Translations under genes and position numbers: made by a program | Part shown: positions 7,332 to 17,591 of the stretch, piece after piece | Layout: the number at the start of each line of letters is the position of its first letter | How positions within the stretch are numbered: position 1 is the first letter of the stretch | Source: Candidatus Sericytochromatia bacterium | GTDB taxonomy: Bacteria; Cyanobacteriota; Sericytochromatia; UBA7694 | NCBI GenBank assembly: GCA_018780035.1 | Contig: JADMKE010000021.1 | Location: forward strand, 27,844 to 91,843 | DNA length: 64,000 bases | Direction of reading: 5' to 3' | The notes under the pieces: model-generated | What the model saw: the letters and a program-made list of their open reading frames with translations, nothing else | Databases searched by the model: none | What the model was told of the DNA's origin: nothing

Positions 7332-9896
7332 CTATCCTTCAAACAGACTCAATTGAACCGATTCGGGTGTCGGGGCATCCCCCCGACTCCGTTTCATCAG
7401 TCCCGACTGAATCCGGCTGCGCTTTTCAATATCTTGCAGCAGGCCACGGGCACGTTCCAAAACGGGCAAGGGCAAGCCAGCCAAGCGGGCCACTTCAATC
7501 CCATAGCTGCGATCGGCGCCACCGGGCACCACTTTGTGTAAAAAGACAATCCCATCGGCATTTTCTTGCACAGACACCTGGTAATTTTGCACCCCATCGA
7601 CACTTTCAGTCAGGCGATTGAGTTCGTGATAATGGGTGGCAAAGACAGTTAGAGACTGTAATTCCCGTGCAATATATTCACTCACCGCCCAGGCAATACT
7701 GACCCCATCAAAGGTGCTGGTGCCTCGGCCAATTTCGTCCAACAAAACCAAACTGCGGGCCGTGGCATGGTGCAAAATATTTGAGGTTTCCATCATTTCG
7801 ACCATAAAGGTACTCTGCCCGGTGGCGATATCATCGACAGCCCCCACGCGGGTAAAAATCCGGTCACAAATGCCAATTTGTGCGCTTTCAGCAGGCACAA
7901 AACTGCCCATCTGGGCCATCAAGACAATCAGGCCGGTTTGGCGCATAAAACTCGACTTGCCCGACATATTGGGGCCTGTGAGAATGATCAGACGCTGGTC
8001 ATGCCCATTGAGGGTGGCATCATTGGGCACATATTGGCCCGCTGGCAGCGTTTTTTCGATCACCGGGTGGCGCCCCCCACGGATATTTAAGCCCGGCAAG
8101 GCCTGAAAACGGGGGCGGCAATAGCGATTGTGAACAGCCACCTCGGCCAAAGCAGTCAAGACATCGAGCGCTGCTGTGGCGCCCGCCAAGGCCTGTAGCT
8201 CTTTTAAGTGAATCGCCACTTCTTGGCGCAAATTCAAATACAATTCATATTCCAGCTGCTTGACCTGCTCATCGGCATTGAGAATGGCAGCTTCTTTCTC
8301 TTTTAAAGCCGGGGTAATAAAACGCTCCGCATTGGTCAGGGTCTGCTTGCGCAAATAGTCAGAGGGCACATTGTCTTTATTGGCCTGGGTCACTTCGATA
8401 AAATAACCAAAGGTCTTGCTATAACCCACTTTTAACGATTTAATGCCTGTCCGTTCTCGCTCCTGTTGCTCCAACTCATTGAGCCAGGTCTTGCCCCCGC
8501 TCATCAATTCCCGCAATTCATCCAACTCTGGATTCAGGCCCGATTTAAAAATCCCGCCTTCCTGGATTTTAACGGGCAGAGTCTCTTGCAAACTGGCTTC
8601 AACCTTCTGCGCCATGGCCAACACTTCGGAGGGAATCTCGCGCAGGGCCTGAAAGAGTGAGGCATCTAAACCGTCTAAACAGCTGGCCAAAGCGGGCAAG
8701 CGAAGCAAACTCTCAGCCAGGGCCCGCAATTCTCGGGGGTTGGCGCCCTGGGTGGCGACGCGGGCCGAGAGGCGCTCCAGATCGCGTATGCCGTCGAGCT
8801 GCTCACGCAGATCAAAACGCAGATTGGGTTCCATCATCAGGGCCTGCACAGCATCCAAACGGGCTTCAATCGCTGGACGATCCAACAGGGGGTGATTGAG
8901 CCAATTGCGCAAGAGGCGCCCCCCCATGGCCGTACGGGTCTGATCCAAGACCCAGAGCAACGAACCTGCAAAGCTGTTTTCGCGGTAGGTCTGGGTCAAC
9001 TCTAAATTGCGCCGGGTGCTGCGGTCCAAAACCAAAAGATGGCTCAATAAATAAGTCACAGGTGGCTGTAATTGTTTTAAAGCACTCATTTGGGTTTGGC
9101 TCAAATAATGCAAGACGGCACCCGCAGCAGCCACGGCCAAAGGCATGTCTTGGCAGCCATAACTTTCAAGTGAGACCACACCAAAATGGTGCAAGAGCCG
9201 ATCGCGGCCCGTGCGCGGCTCAAAAATCAGGTGTGATTCCCAAGTCACCCCCTGGGGATCGGGAATCAGCGAGGCCCAATCACTGTTTTCGAGGGTCTGT
9301 TCACCCCAACCCAAACGGGTGGGCAACAACGTCTCTGCCAGCTCCAAGCCTGCCAATTCGCGCAGAATCAAATCTGCTGCGCCCTCTCCTGTCGCTTGGG
9401 TCAGGCGGAATTCACCGGTCGAGATATCGGTATAGGCCAAACCAAAGCCACTTTTGGCACGGTAAACCGCCCCCAAATAATTATTGCGCTTTTCTTGCAA
9501 CAGGGCCCCTTCAAGCAGAGTGCCTGGAGTAATCACCCGAATCACTTCGCGTTTGACCAATTTGCCGGGTTTGGGGGCCTCCATTTGCTCACAAATGGCC
9601 ACTTTATAACCTTTGCCAATTAAACGGGGCAAGTAGGCCTCCAGAGAGTGATAGGGAATACCGGCCATATCAATCCGCTTGCCTTGCCCCCCGTCGCGGG
9701 CCGTTAAGGTAATTTCCAATTCACGTGCAGCCGTGCGGGCATCTTCAAAAAAGGTCTCGTAAAAATCACCCATGCGGTAGAGCAAAAGGGCGTGGGGATA
9801 TTGCCTTTTGACCTCCAAAAATTGTTGCATCATCGGCGTAAATTGGTTGGGATCAAGATCAGCAGTAGTGATGGGGGAATTCAAACTGGGATTCAT
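7332..9896 (-). CDS. mutS: DNA mismatch repair protein MutS
   Basis: 854 aa with Walker A GPNMSGKSSFMRQ, the TFATHYHEL motif, and full MutS domain order. Confidence 0.95.
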   Translation of the reverse strand: MNPSLNSPITTADLDPNQFTPMMQQFLEVKRQYPHALLLYRMGDFYETFFEDARTAARELEITLTARDGGQGKRIDMAGIPYHSLEAYLPRLIGKGYKVAICEQMEAPKPGKLVKREVIRVITPGTLLEGALLQEKRNNYLGAVYRAKSGFGLAYTDISTGEFRLTQATGEGAADLILRELAGLELAETLLPTRLGWGEQTLENSDWASLIPDPQGVTWESHLIFEPRTGRDRLLHHFGVVSLESYGCQDMPLAVAAAGAVLHYLSQTQMSALKQLQPPVTYLLSHLLVLDRSTRRNLELTQTYRENSFAGSLLWVLDQTRTAMGGRLLRNWLNHPLLDRPAIEARLDAVQALMMEPNLRFDLREQLDGIRDLERLSARVATQGANPRELRALAESLLRLPALASCLDGLDASLFQALREIPSEVLAMAQKVEASLQETLPVKIQEGGIFKSGLNPELDELRELMSGGKTWLNELEQQERERTGIKSLKVGYSKTFGYFIEVTQANKDNVPSDYLRKQTLTNAERFITPALKEKEAAILNADEQVKQLEYELYLNLRQEVAIHLKELQALAGATAALDVLTALAEVAVHNRYCRPRFQALPGLNIRGGRHPVIEKTLPAGQYVPNDATLNGHDQRLIILTGPNMSGKSSFMRQTGLIVLMAQMGSFVPAESAQIGICDRIFTRVGAVDDIATGQSTFMVEMMETSNILHHATARSLVLLDEIGRGTSTFDGVSIAWAVSEYIARELQSLTVFATHYHELNRLTESVDGVQNYQVSVQENADGIVFLHKVVPGGADRSYGIEVARLAGLPLPVLERARGLLQDIEKRSRIQSGLMKRSRGDAPTPESVQLSLFEG

Positions 9897-10112
9897 AGCT
9901 GGATTTAAATGGCCCTGTATTTTTGGTCTTGTATTTGTTCTGGTAACGGAATTCTTGGTATTTTATCACATCTGTTTTGGTTAATTTTGTAGCGAAAACT
10001 TTACATAAGGGCCTGTCAGACTTTAGAATAAAGATTGGGTTAATTTTAAAAAACGTTCTGAAATCGTTTTTTATACCCTAATTTTTAGATTCATTTTTAA
10101 CCCATTGTATCT

Positions 10113-10126
10113 GCCCAGTTGGGCAT
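10113..10126. promoter_or_regulatory. 14-bp palindrome TGCCCAGTTGGGCA about 60 bp upstream of the degenerate-GGDEF gene
   Basis: Perfect 6-bp inverted arms (TGCCCA/TGGGCA) within the 270-bp AT-rich mutS/GGDEF divergent intergenic region. Confidence 0.3.
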
Positions 10127-10184
10127 AGTTAAGCCAGTTTCATAACCTCTATTCTGAATTAAAAAAGTGTATTTAAGACCCGCT

Positions 10185-11030
10185 ATGAAAATACGTTCTG
10201 TTCTTTCTCCAGAATTAAGCACCCTGTTGCAAACCCAGATCCAAGAGCTCGCACCCAATGCTGAGTGGCAAAATGCCAACTGGGAAGATTTAAGCAACCT
10301 CTCCGAGCCACTGCCAGATTTGCTTTTGCTCTCACCGGACAATCTGCAACCCGTGCAATTGATGCAGGTTCTCTACCCCCTGATCCGTCTGGAATTGCCC
10401 ACCTTGGTCTTTGTTGACGAAAGCCAACAAGAGCAAGATTGGCCCGAAGGCGGGCGCCTGGATTTTGTCTTTGCCCCCTGGAACCCCCGCAGCTTAAGCC
10501 AACACCTCAAATTGGCTCTCAAAATGGCAGAGGCCGTGCAGGAGCGCCGTCAAATAGCCCAAGAGGTCCAAAGCCTTTATGCCCGCTTAGAAGCCATCAA
10601 CCCCCTGGACTCCTCAACAGGACTTTACAATCGGCGCTGTTTTGAGGAACGCCTCAATGAAGAGTGGCGCCGTTCTCACCGCCATGCTTTGAGTATTTCG
10701 CTCTTGCTTTTGCGCTGGGTGGGCCCGGCGTCTGAGACAGATACAGCCAGCATCTTTCCCGAATTGCTCAAAGACATGAGTCCCTTGCGCTGTTCCGATT
10801 TGGCCGCCCGTTTGGACCCCACCACCTTGGCCATCCTCTTGCCCCAAACCCTGGAAACAGGAGCTGAGACCGTCGCCCAAGGCCTCTATCAGTCACTTCT
10901 GCCCAGGGCCATACAATCGGGTTATGAATTACAAATTGGGCTGCACTCATGCCAACCCCCCAGTCTCTTGGGTTCAGAAGATCTGATTACTCAAACCGAA
11001 GCCACACTGCGTTCTGGGGTTTTTTGTTAA
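10185..11030 (+). CDS. receiver-like N-terminal domain plus degenerate GGDEF domain protein (probably catalytically inactive)
   Basis: SSTGLYNRRCFEERL...RRSHRHALSISLLLLRWVG matches GGDEF-domain spacing. The signature position reads RLDPTT instead of RxGGDEF. Start taken at the ATG at 10185; the ORF begins at a GTG at 10167. Confidence 0.55.
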   Translation: MKIRSVLSPELSTLLQTQIQELAPNAEWQNANWEDLSNLSEPLPDLLLLSPDNLQPVQLMQVLYPLIRLELPTLVFVDESQQEQDWPEGGRLDFVFAPWNPRSLSQHLKLALKMAEAVQERRQIAQEVQSLYARLEAINPLDSSTGLYNRRCFEERLNEEWRRSHRHALSISLLLLRWVGPASETDTASIFPELLKDMSPLRCSDLAARLDPTTLAILLPQTLETGAETVAQGLYQSLLPRAIQSGYELQIGLHSCQPPSLLGSEDLITQTEATLRSGVFC

Positions 11031-11120
11031 ACAGCCCAAAGTCGCTACCAGGTGAAAGAGAAAGAATAGGCCACTTCTTGGCTATAATCACAGCAGAACA
11101 CAGACAAGGATAGCACCTAC

Positions 11121-11618
11121 ATGAGTGATTTTAAAATTTCAGTGGCTGGCCAAGCCCTCGAAAACTACCAATTGCGCCAAGTTCGCAGCGACAAATCCCT
11201 GCTTGAAGTAGAACAGCACCTCAAAGACAATCCCGATGGTTTCGACACGATTGGGATTAAAATTGAAGATCAGGACTATTTGATCATTGGCAAAGGACTC
11301 AAAGCCCATGCTGGAGATCCTGTCACAGTTGAAGGAAAAGCCTCTGGCAGTGTGGCTTTTGTTGAAAATGAAGAAAACTCATTTGGTGAAGGTTTTAAAG
11401 CGGGCTTAAAAACCAAGATGATGGGATTGGAATACAGTGTCGCTGGTGCTCCCTTTTTGATCGGCGAAGGGCTTATCAAAGGAACCAAAGCAGCGATTCG
11501 CAGCGGTCAGGCTCACGAAAAAGAAATTGAAAAAGTAACCGAAGGCCCGCCACTGACGCGGAAAATGTTCGAAGATGCGGCAGAGGCCATTTCAAATATG
11601 TTTGGCGGCGGCGACTAA
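11121..11618 (+). CDS. hypothetical protein
   Basis: 165-aa ORF with an AAGGA RBS 12 nt upstream. No recognisable motif. Confidence 0.45.
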   Translation: MSDFKISVAGQALENYQLRQVRSDKSLLEVEQHLKDNPDGFDTIGIKIEDQDYLIIGKGLKAHAGDPVTVEGKASGSVAFVENEENSFGEGFKAGLKTKMMGLEYSVAGAPFLIGEGLIKGTKAAIRSGQAHEKEIEKVTEGPPLTRKMFEDAAEAISNMFGGGD

Positions 11619-12586
11619 ACGCCCGGCGCTGGGTGTTGAATCCGCTCAGCCAAATTTATTTGGGCTTGTTGGGCCCGCTCGGGCATGTCAGCCACGCTCT
11701 GCCAGCGGGTATGTAAAAAGCCATAGAGCTGGAGATCGCGCCAGTGAAAAAACAGAGGAAGTTCTGTCTCAAAAGTCTCTGACCAGGGCCGCACAGCTGA
11801 GTATCCCTCCCGTAAATAGTGGATCAGAAAAGCCACAAAGGCAGGGTCCTGGGTGTATTGTGCGCCCACAATATAATACAAAATCAGGGCCAAGTCCTGA
11901 TTAAACCAGCCCCGGTGACAATCATCAAAATCAAAAAGCCAAGCTTGACCCGCTTGCAAAAGGAAATTCCCACTGTGGATATCCCCGTGAATCAGGCCAA
12001 AGCAGTCAGAGTCAGAGGGCAATAGATGTAAAGCCTGTTGGGCTTTTTCCACAGCCCGCCAAAACCAAGCTGATTCAAGTTTGCTTTGGTGCGGCTGAAA
12101 AAAAGAAGGCACCCAATCCGGACGGGCCAGATAAAGCGGCTCAGGTAGAACATGGGCCCGCAAATGCATCTGGGCTGCCAAAGCCCCCAAAGCCCGGAGC
12201 AATTCAGGGCTCCAGCTTTGGCGATCGTCACGGCTTACCGGCTCCCCTGCAATCCAGGCAAAAGCTGAAAGCCAAAAGGTCTCACCACCGATCTCTCGAC
12301 ACTCTAACAACACATCATGTTCACTCAACAATGGCTGGCAGACAGAGAGCCCAGCCTGGCTCAAGGTCTCTAACCAGGCCATTTCAGCTTGCAATTGTAA
12401 CTGATTGCGGTGGCTTTGATGTACAAAACGCAAGGCAAAGTCGGGCTCTCCCTGGCAGCGGTAGACCAAATTTTCGGTATCCCCGACTTTGCCCTGAATC
12501 TGCCCCTGCCAGAGGCAAACAGCCTGTTCCAAATCTTCGGGCTGGATCAGGCCAAGTAATTCAGCCGTCAGCATGTTTTTGCCCAC
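11615..12586 (-). CDS. phosphotransferase-family kinase (APH/homoserine-kinase-II-like)
   Basis: LIHGDIHSGNFLL...WLFDFDDC matches the Brenner HGDxxxxN and DFD motifs of the APH/choline-kinase fold. Confidence 0.7.
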   Translation of the reverse strand: MGKNMLTAELLGLIQPEDLEQAVCLWQGQIQGKVGDTENLVYRCQGEPDFALRFVHQSHRNQLQLQAEMAWLETLSQAGLSVCQPLLSEHDVLLECREIGGETFWLSAFAWIAGEPVSRDDRQSWSPELLRALGALAAQMHLRAHVLPEPLYLARPDWVPSFFQPHQSKLESAWFWRAVEKAQQALHLLPSDSDCFGLIHGDIHSGNFLLQAGQAWLFDFDDCHRGWFNQDLALILYYIVGAQYTQDPAFVAFLIHYLREGYSAVRPWSETFETELPLFFHWRDLQLYGFLHTRWQSVADMPERAQQAQINLAERIQHPAPGV

Positions 12587-14009
12587 CGGATTGATTCAAA
12601 TTGAGTCGGGCTGTGGCCAATCCCAGGGCAATACAGACCCACAAGACAAAATGGAAAATGCCATGATTGGTCAAATCAAAGGCCAGACAGCCCACAAAGG
12701 CCACCAACCAAGTCATTTGTAGATCTTTTAAAGCGCGGTCTTGTGCCAAACGCCAGGCTTTCCAAAAGGTCCAAAGAATCCAGGCCATGGCCCCATAAAA
12801 GACCAAAAGCCCCAAGATCCCAGTTTCGGCCAATAATTGCAAAGGCACATTGTGGGTACCCACAAACCGGCCCAACCCATTGCCAATCCAAGGACTGTCG
12901 AGAAAATACTGCCAGGCCAACCCCCAGGTCTCCAAGCGCTGACCAGCAGATTCCACCGTCACATCCGACAATTCCCCAAAGCGCTGCCCGACCGTCACCA
13001 GCAATCCCGCTTCGCTGATCAATTGACTCAAGCGAAAGAGCCCCGCAAAAATGCCATAAAACATTCCGCCCAAAAGACAGAGTCGCCAAAAAGGGGGTCG
13101 GGCCAACGCCAAAAGAAAAAAGGCTCCGGTCACAAAGACCAGCCAGGAGGCGCGGGTAAAATTGATCACCAATGATGCCACCACCCAGGCCAAAAGCAGA
13201 TTCAGCAAGAGGCGCTTGCGCCCTTGAAAACGCAAAGGGTCGAGATAGAGCAAACCGATTAATAAAATGCCCACAGTCTGCAATATTTCGCCATATTCAT
13301 TTGCAAAGGTCCCCGGCGAAATGCGCAAAAACGGGCCATAAAAATCCACCAGAGAAGCGTGTTTGCCAATATATTCAAGTGGGTTGTAAAGGCCCGTATA
13401 AAAACCAACTTGCATCAACCAACCCACGGCCAACGAGAGAGCACAGGAACAGAGCAGGAGATAGATCCGGTTCCAAAGTGCTTCGGGCCTTGTCACAGAG
13501 GCAAATAAGACCCCTGCGGCCAAAACCAGCAGCCCATAATTAAACACCAAGCGAATCCCCGTCATATCCTGGCTCATAGCCAAATGCGCGGTTTCCGACC
13601 GCCCCAGCGAAGGCAACCAGGACAGGCCAATCCAAATAAAGGGCAGACACCAGGCCCAAGGCCAGGATTGCCCTGAACGTGAACCCAAACACCAGCGAAT
13701 GGTGTAGGCCACCAGGGCCAACAGCGCAAAGAGTTGGGGGGCTTTAAAACTAAACCCAACCTCCGCAGCAGTGAGAATCCCGAGAAAGACAAAAAGCGCC
13801 ACGGCTTGTGCCGATAAGCGCGGAGAGGCCAAAGACACAACAATAAAAACCAGAGCAAGGCAGCCCGCCAGAGCCAAGCGCAAACTTTCAAAAGGCCATG
13901 CCAGGGCCAAGAGCAGTGTGAGCAAAGTAGCCAGCCCCCACCAACGCAGTGAAGGCCCTTCGCGCACAAACAGAAGCCGATTCCCGAGACCCTTCACAGG
14001 CCCACTCAC
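12561..14009 (-). CDS. O-antigen ligase/polymerase (Wzy_C) family integral membrane protein
   Basis: About 12 TM segments. The HNVPLQLLAETGILGLLVF motif is characteristic of WaaL/Wzy_C periplasmic loops. Confidence 0.65.
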   Translation of the reverse strand: MSGPVKGLGNRLLFVREGPSLRWWGLATLLTLLLALAWPFESLRLALAGCLALVFIVVSLASPRLSAQAVALFVFLGILTAAEVGFSFKAPQLFALLALVAYTIRWCLGSRSGQSWPWAWCLPFIWIGLSWLPSLGRSETAHLAMSQDMTGIRLVFNYGLLVLAAGVLFASVTRPEALWNRIYLLLCSCALSLAVGWLMQVGFYTGLYNPLEYIGKHASLVDFYGPFLRISPGTFANEYGEILQTVGILLIGLLYLDPLRFQGRKRLLLNLLLAWVVASLVINFTRASWLVFVTGAFFLLALARPPFWRLCLLGGMFYGIFAGLFRLSQLISEAGLLVTVGQRFGELSDVTVESAGQRLETWGLAWQYFLDSPWIGNGLGRFVGTHNVPLQLLAETGILGLLVFYGAMAWILWTFWKAWRLAQDRALKDLQMTWLVAFVGCLAFDLTNHGIFHFVLWVCIALGLATARLNLNQSGGQKHADG

Positions 14010-14018
14010 AGAATCACC

Positions 14019-14960
14019 TCAAGCGCTGACCTGGTTGTCCTTGTTGACTTTTAAATAGAGCAGGCTGAAGAGACTGAGGATGAACAAAATCACCACAGCA
14101 TAGGCGCAAGCCAGGCCATATTCGCCGCGCACAAAGAAGGCTTTAAAGGCAAAGGTGGCGAGAATATCCGTGTGGGGATTGTCTTGGGTGACCAGATAAA
14201 TAATATTAAACATATTAAAGGTCCAAACGATACCCAGCAGAACGGTCACCATTGCGACCGGTTTGAGCATGGGCAAGGTCACTTGCCAAAATTGCTGTGC
14301 TTTGGTGGCGCCATCGATTTGAGCGGCTTCGTAGAGTTCATTGGGAATGCCTTGCAGACCGCCCAGCAGGGTGATCATCATAAAAGGCACACCCAGCCAG
14401 ATATTGGTCACACAGACCGCAAACATCGACCAGGTCGAATCCGATAACCAGGACACCCCTGCAATCCCAAATTTGGCCAAAATATAATTAAAAAAGCCAT
14501 AGTCACCATTAAACAGCCAGCGCCAGGAAAAGGCCGTAATATACGAAGGCACAGCCCAAGGTATCAGCAAAAGCGCCCGCCAGATGGCTTTTTGTTTGAG
14601 CTGCTGATTGAGAATCAGGGCCAAGCCCAAACCGAGCACAAAGTGAAAAAAGACATTGGTAAAGGTCCAGATCAGGGTTTGGCCAAAAACCTTCCAAAAG
14701 TCCCGGCTGGCAAAAACTTTATTGTAGTTCTCGATACCCACATATTTGACCGTAGCAGGATACACCTCGGTCTTCACCGCCACAGCCCCATCGGCCTGCA
14801 TCTCGGTCACGCGAAAAACCTGTTCATAGGCATTGCGCTGGGTAATATTTTGAAAACTAAAGCCAATCCCGATGAACAAGGGCAAAAAAACCAACAAGAG
14901 CATCATGCCAAAACCAGGAAAGAGGAAAAGATAAGGGGTCTGACGTTCTACTTTTAACAT
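14019..14960 (-). CDS. ABC transporter permease (sugar-type, MalF/UgpA-like)
   Basis: Six TM helices, with the EAA loop EAAQIDGATKAQQFWQVTLPMLKP. Confidence 0.85.
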   Translation of the reverse strand: MLKVERQTPYLFLFPGFGMMLLLVFLPLFIGIGFSFQNITQRNAYEQVFRVTEMQADGAVAVKTEVYPATVKYVGIENYNKVFASRDFWKVFGQTLIWTFTNVFFHFVLGLGLALILNQQLKQKAIWRALLLIPWAVPSYITAFSWRWLFNGDYGFFNYILAKFGIAGVSWLSDSTWSMFAVCVTNIWLGVPFMMITLLGGLQGIPNELYEAAQIDGATKAQQFWQVTLPMLKPVAMVTVLLGIVWTFNMFNIIYLVTQDNPHTDILATFAFKAFFVRGEYGLACAYAVVILFILSLFSLLYLKVNKDNQVSA

Positions 14961-14961
14961 C

Positions 14962-16254
14962 TTAGTCTGCGCTCAGAAGCCGTTTCCAGGCTTCTTCAAC
15001 CTCCTTCAAGGCGGCACCGGCCTCTTTTTCTTCCAAGAGCGCCGCCTGATAAGCGGGCTTAAGATCAATAAAAATGGCACCCGACTGTGGAATCACAGGC
15101 CGGGTATTGGCTGCATCCAGCACATGTTTAAATGACTGGATCACGCGATTGGCTTTGACAGCAGGCAAATCATAGGTGGATTTGCGCGTAGGCAATAAAT
15201 TGTTTTTGAGGGCAAAGCGGGCCTGAATCTCAGGACGGCTCAAATAGTGAATCACTTCCCAAGAGGCCCAAAGTTTTTTGGTATTGGAGGCAATCACATA
15301 ATTGTGCCCGCCCACAGGCGAGCCCCAACCACCGGGCCCCTGAGGAATGCGGGCAATACCGAGATTTTCTGGGTTTTTGAATTCAGGTCCCGCCAGCAAA
15401 TCAGCGGTAGACCAAGGACCATTGATAATCATGGCATATTGGCCATTTTTGAAGCCAATTTGCATATTTTCATAGTCATTGGCAAAATCGACAGAATCGG
15501 GCACAATTTTGTATTTCTTGCGCAGGTCTATCAAAAAATTCAAAGCTTTGACGGCAGGTTCTTCGGCAATTTTGACTTTGAGAGTTTGGCTGTCAATCAG
15601 ATCGCCCCCAAAGGCCCAGACAAACGGCGTAAACCAATAGGGGTCGCCACGGTAAAAGAAGGCATATTGCTTTTTAGAGGCATCCGTCAACTCTTGACCG
15701 CGCCGCAAAAATTGCTCCAGGGTTTTGGGCGCTTCGGGCCCCACCAAGCGCTTATTGTAAAACAGGGCCAAACAATCGGTGACTTGGGGCAAGCCCCAAA
15801 TATGGTTTTTGTAGCGAGAATAAGCCAGAGATTGTGGTACAAAATCAGCTTGGGCTTTTTGATCGACAAAGGCATCGAGAGACATGAGATAGCCCATGGA
15901 GGCCAATTCAGTTGTCCAGGCAATCTCTGCCCTGAAGATGTCAGGGGCATTGCCCGCCTGAGCCAAGGTCTTGTATTTGTTTAAAGCATCAGAGAAAGGC
16001 ACCTGTTGCAAATTGACGGTGATATAGGGGAATTCTTGTTTGAAGCTCGACAAAGCCTCTTTAAGGGTGCCCGCTTCTTCATCATTAAAGGTATGCCAAA
16101 AATCAACCGTGACGGGATCCGTGCTACGGCGCAGCACCTGTGTTTCCGTGGAAGTCTGATCTTGGCCACGGAAAAGACAACCGGCCAACAAAGACAACAA
16201 ACACAAGGCAAAGATCCATTTAAGGCGCAAACAAAGGGCTTTCATGGCGTTCAC
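14962..16254 (-). CDS. ABC transporter extracellular solute-binding protein (family 1, carbohydrate-type)
   Basis: Signal/lipobox LLSLLAGCLF. SBP_bac_1-like size and composition. Placed 1 nt upstream of the permease. Confidence 0.8.
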   Translation of the reverse strand: MNAMKALCLRLKWIFALCLLSLLAGCLFRGQDQTSTETQVLRRSTDPVTVDFWHTFNDEEAGTLKEALSSFKQEFPYITVNLQQVPFSDALNKYKTLAQAGNAPDIFRAEIAWTTELASMGYLMSLDAFVDQKAQADFVPQSLAYSRYKNHIWGLPQVTDCLALFYNKRLVGPEAPKTLEQFLRRGQELTDASKKQYAFFYRGDPYWFTPFVWAFGGDLIDSQTLKVKIAEEPAVKALNFLIDLRKKYKIVPDSVDFANDYENMQIGFKNGQYAMIINGPWSTADLLAGPEFKNPENLGIARIPQGPGGWGSPVGGHNYVIASNTKKLWASWEVIHYLSRPEIQARFALKNNLLPTRKSTYDLPAVKANRVIQSFKHVLDAANTRPVIPQSGAIFIDLKPAYQAALLEEKEAGAALKEVEEAWKRLLSAD

Positions 16255-16319
16255 TATACTATGAGACGCCTCGAAAGCAAAGCATCAGACCTGATTTTTT
16301 TTACCAATCAAAGGGGAAA

Positions 16320-17486
16320 TTATTCAAATCGGGACTGGTAATTGACACCGATGCCAACATCTTTGACCTCAAGCCCCGAAAAAGTTTGGTTATAAAGGCC
16401 ATACAGTCCCATTGAAGAGTCGGGAGAGATCTGTTTTCTCACACCCAAAGTGGCCTGAACACGGTTTTCTTCAAAATTATAATGGGCACGGGTTTCGGCA
16501 TATATATTTTCTTTGAGGTTACCATATTCACCGGGTTTGGCATTGATCATCCGACGGGCGCTGATCTCCGCTTCGGGATAGTATTTGCCACTGAACTCAA
16601 AAGGCACTTCGGCAGTCACACGCACTTCGGTATGGGCCGGGCCCCGCAATTGAATCAAATCCACTTTGGGTTTGACTTTGACTTCTTTAAAATCCAAGCC
16701 GCGCACACTGATACCCACACGCGGTCGCACAAAACGCCATTTGTATTTTTCTTCTTCAGGTTGGGCTGTCACTGCCGCGGGGGCACTGGCCGTTGAGACC
16801 GAATTGGGCTGAATTAAATCGTTGCTCACGGCATTTTGACCGGCTTGATCGGCGGCAAAATTCTGAAAGCCACCTTTAAAATAGTCTTGGAACTCTTCTT
16901 TGTCGCGGTCGAAGATCGTAATAAAGAACTTGTCTTCCAGGTGGCGCTGCAAATCTTTGCGATTGCGGCCGGTGATGCCAATAGCAGCCACATCTTCGCC
17001 ATATTTTTTTAAGGCGTCCATGATCTGATCTTTTTCGCCGTCACTGATACTCATCGCGGAAGTATGAGCCGAATAACCCGGATTATAAACATCGACAGCT
17101 GCTTGGCGCATCTTCGCCTGGATCGAGCCTCGCTCGGGAGAATAGCCAACTGAAGTAAAGCGATCAAAAGCCCGGGATTCTGCGGCTTGAATCTGACGTT
17201 CTTGGTCAGAGGTCATCGAAAAATAACCCAGCAGGGTTTTCATTTCTTTGTGGTTGGAGGCATCCACCTGAACAGCGCTGCCAAATTCCGTTTTTTCTTT
17301 TGCAGTAGGTTCAGAAAAGGAAATGCGGGCTGAGGGAACCTGGCTGCCACGGGCACTGAAATGAACCGTGTCTTGGGTGGGAATCTGGGTATAAGTTTTA
17401 TCTTGCGGGGCCACCGGGCGCGGCGCAGGAACCGAGAGCTGCGGGGGTTTTACCGGAGCCGACGACTGATTTACACGAATTTCCAT
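16320..17486 (-). CDS. hypothetical protein
   Basis: 388-aa ORF with a Pro-rich N-terminus and no signal peptide. It heads the minus-strand gene string. Confidence 0.45.
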   Translation of the reverse strand: MEIRVNQSSAPVKPPQLSVPAPRPVAPQDKTYTQIPTQDTVHFSARGSQVPSARISFSEPTAKEKTEFGSAVQVDASNHKEMKTLLGYFSMTSDQERQIQAAESRAFDRFTSVGYSPERGSIQAKMRQAAVDVYNPGYSAHTSAMSISDGEKDQIMDALKKYGEDVAAIGITGRNRKDLQRHLEDKFFITIFDRDKEEFQDYFKGGFQNFAADQAGQNAVSNDLIQPNSVSTASAPAAVTAQPEEEKYKWRFVRPRVGISVRGLDFKEVKVKPKVDLIQLRGPAHTEVRVTAEVPFEFSGKYYPEAEISARRMINAKPGEYGNLKENIYAETRAHYNFEENRVQATLGVRKQISPDSSMGLYGLYNQTFSGLEVKDVGIGVNYQSRFE

Positions 17487-17591
17487 GGTGACTTTCTCCC
17501 TACCTCAAGACTGTTATAATAGCTATCGGTGAGACCCGCTCCATTCTGGCTTATATTAAACGAAAGTTAACCTCAATATATCCATAAGACA

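Noticed and set aside
7353-9623. Multiple 60-160-aa ORFs inside and antisense to mutS (also inside glmU, the GMP/PMM gene, the kinase, etc.)
   Set aside because: They lie nested within well-supported long CDSs and have no RBS. The composition is consistent with antisense or frame-shifted noise.
16320-17486. 388-aa protein as an outer-membrane beta-barrel
   Set aside because: There is no signal peptide, and the C-terminal ...YQSRFE does not end in the aromatic residue typical of OMP barrels. Left as hypothetical.
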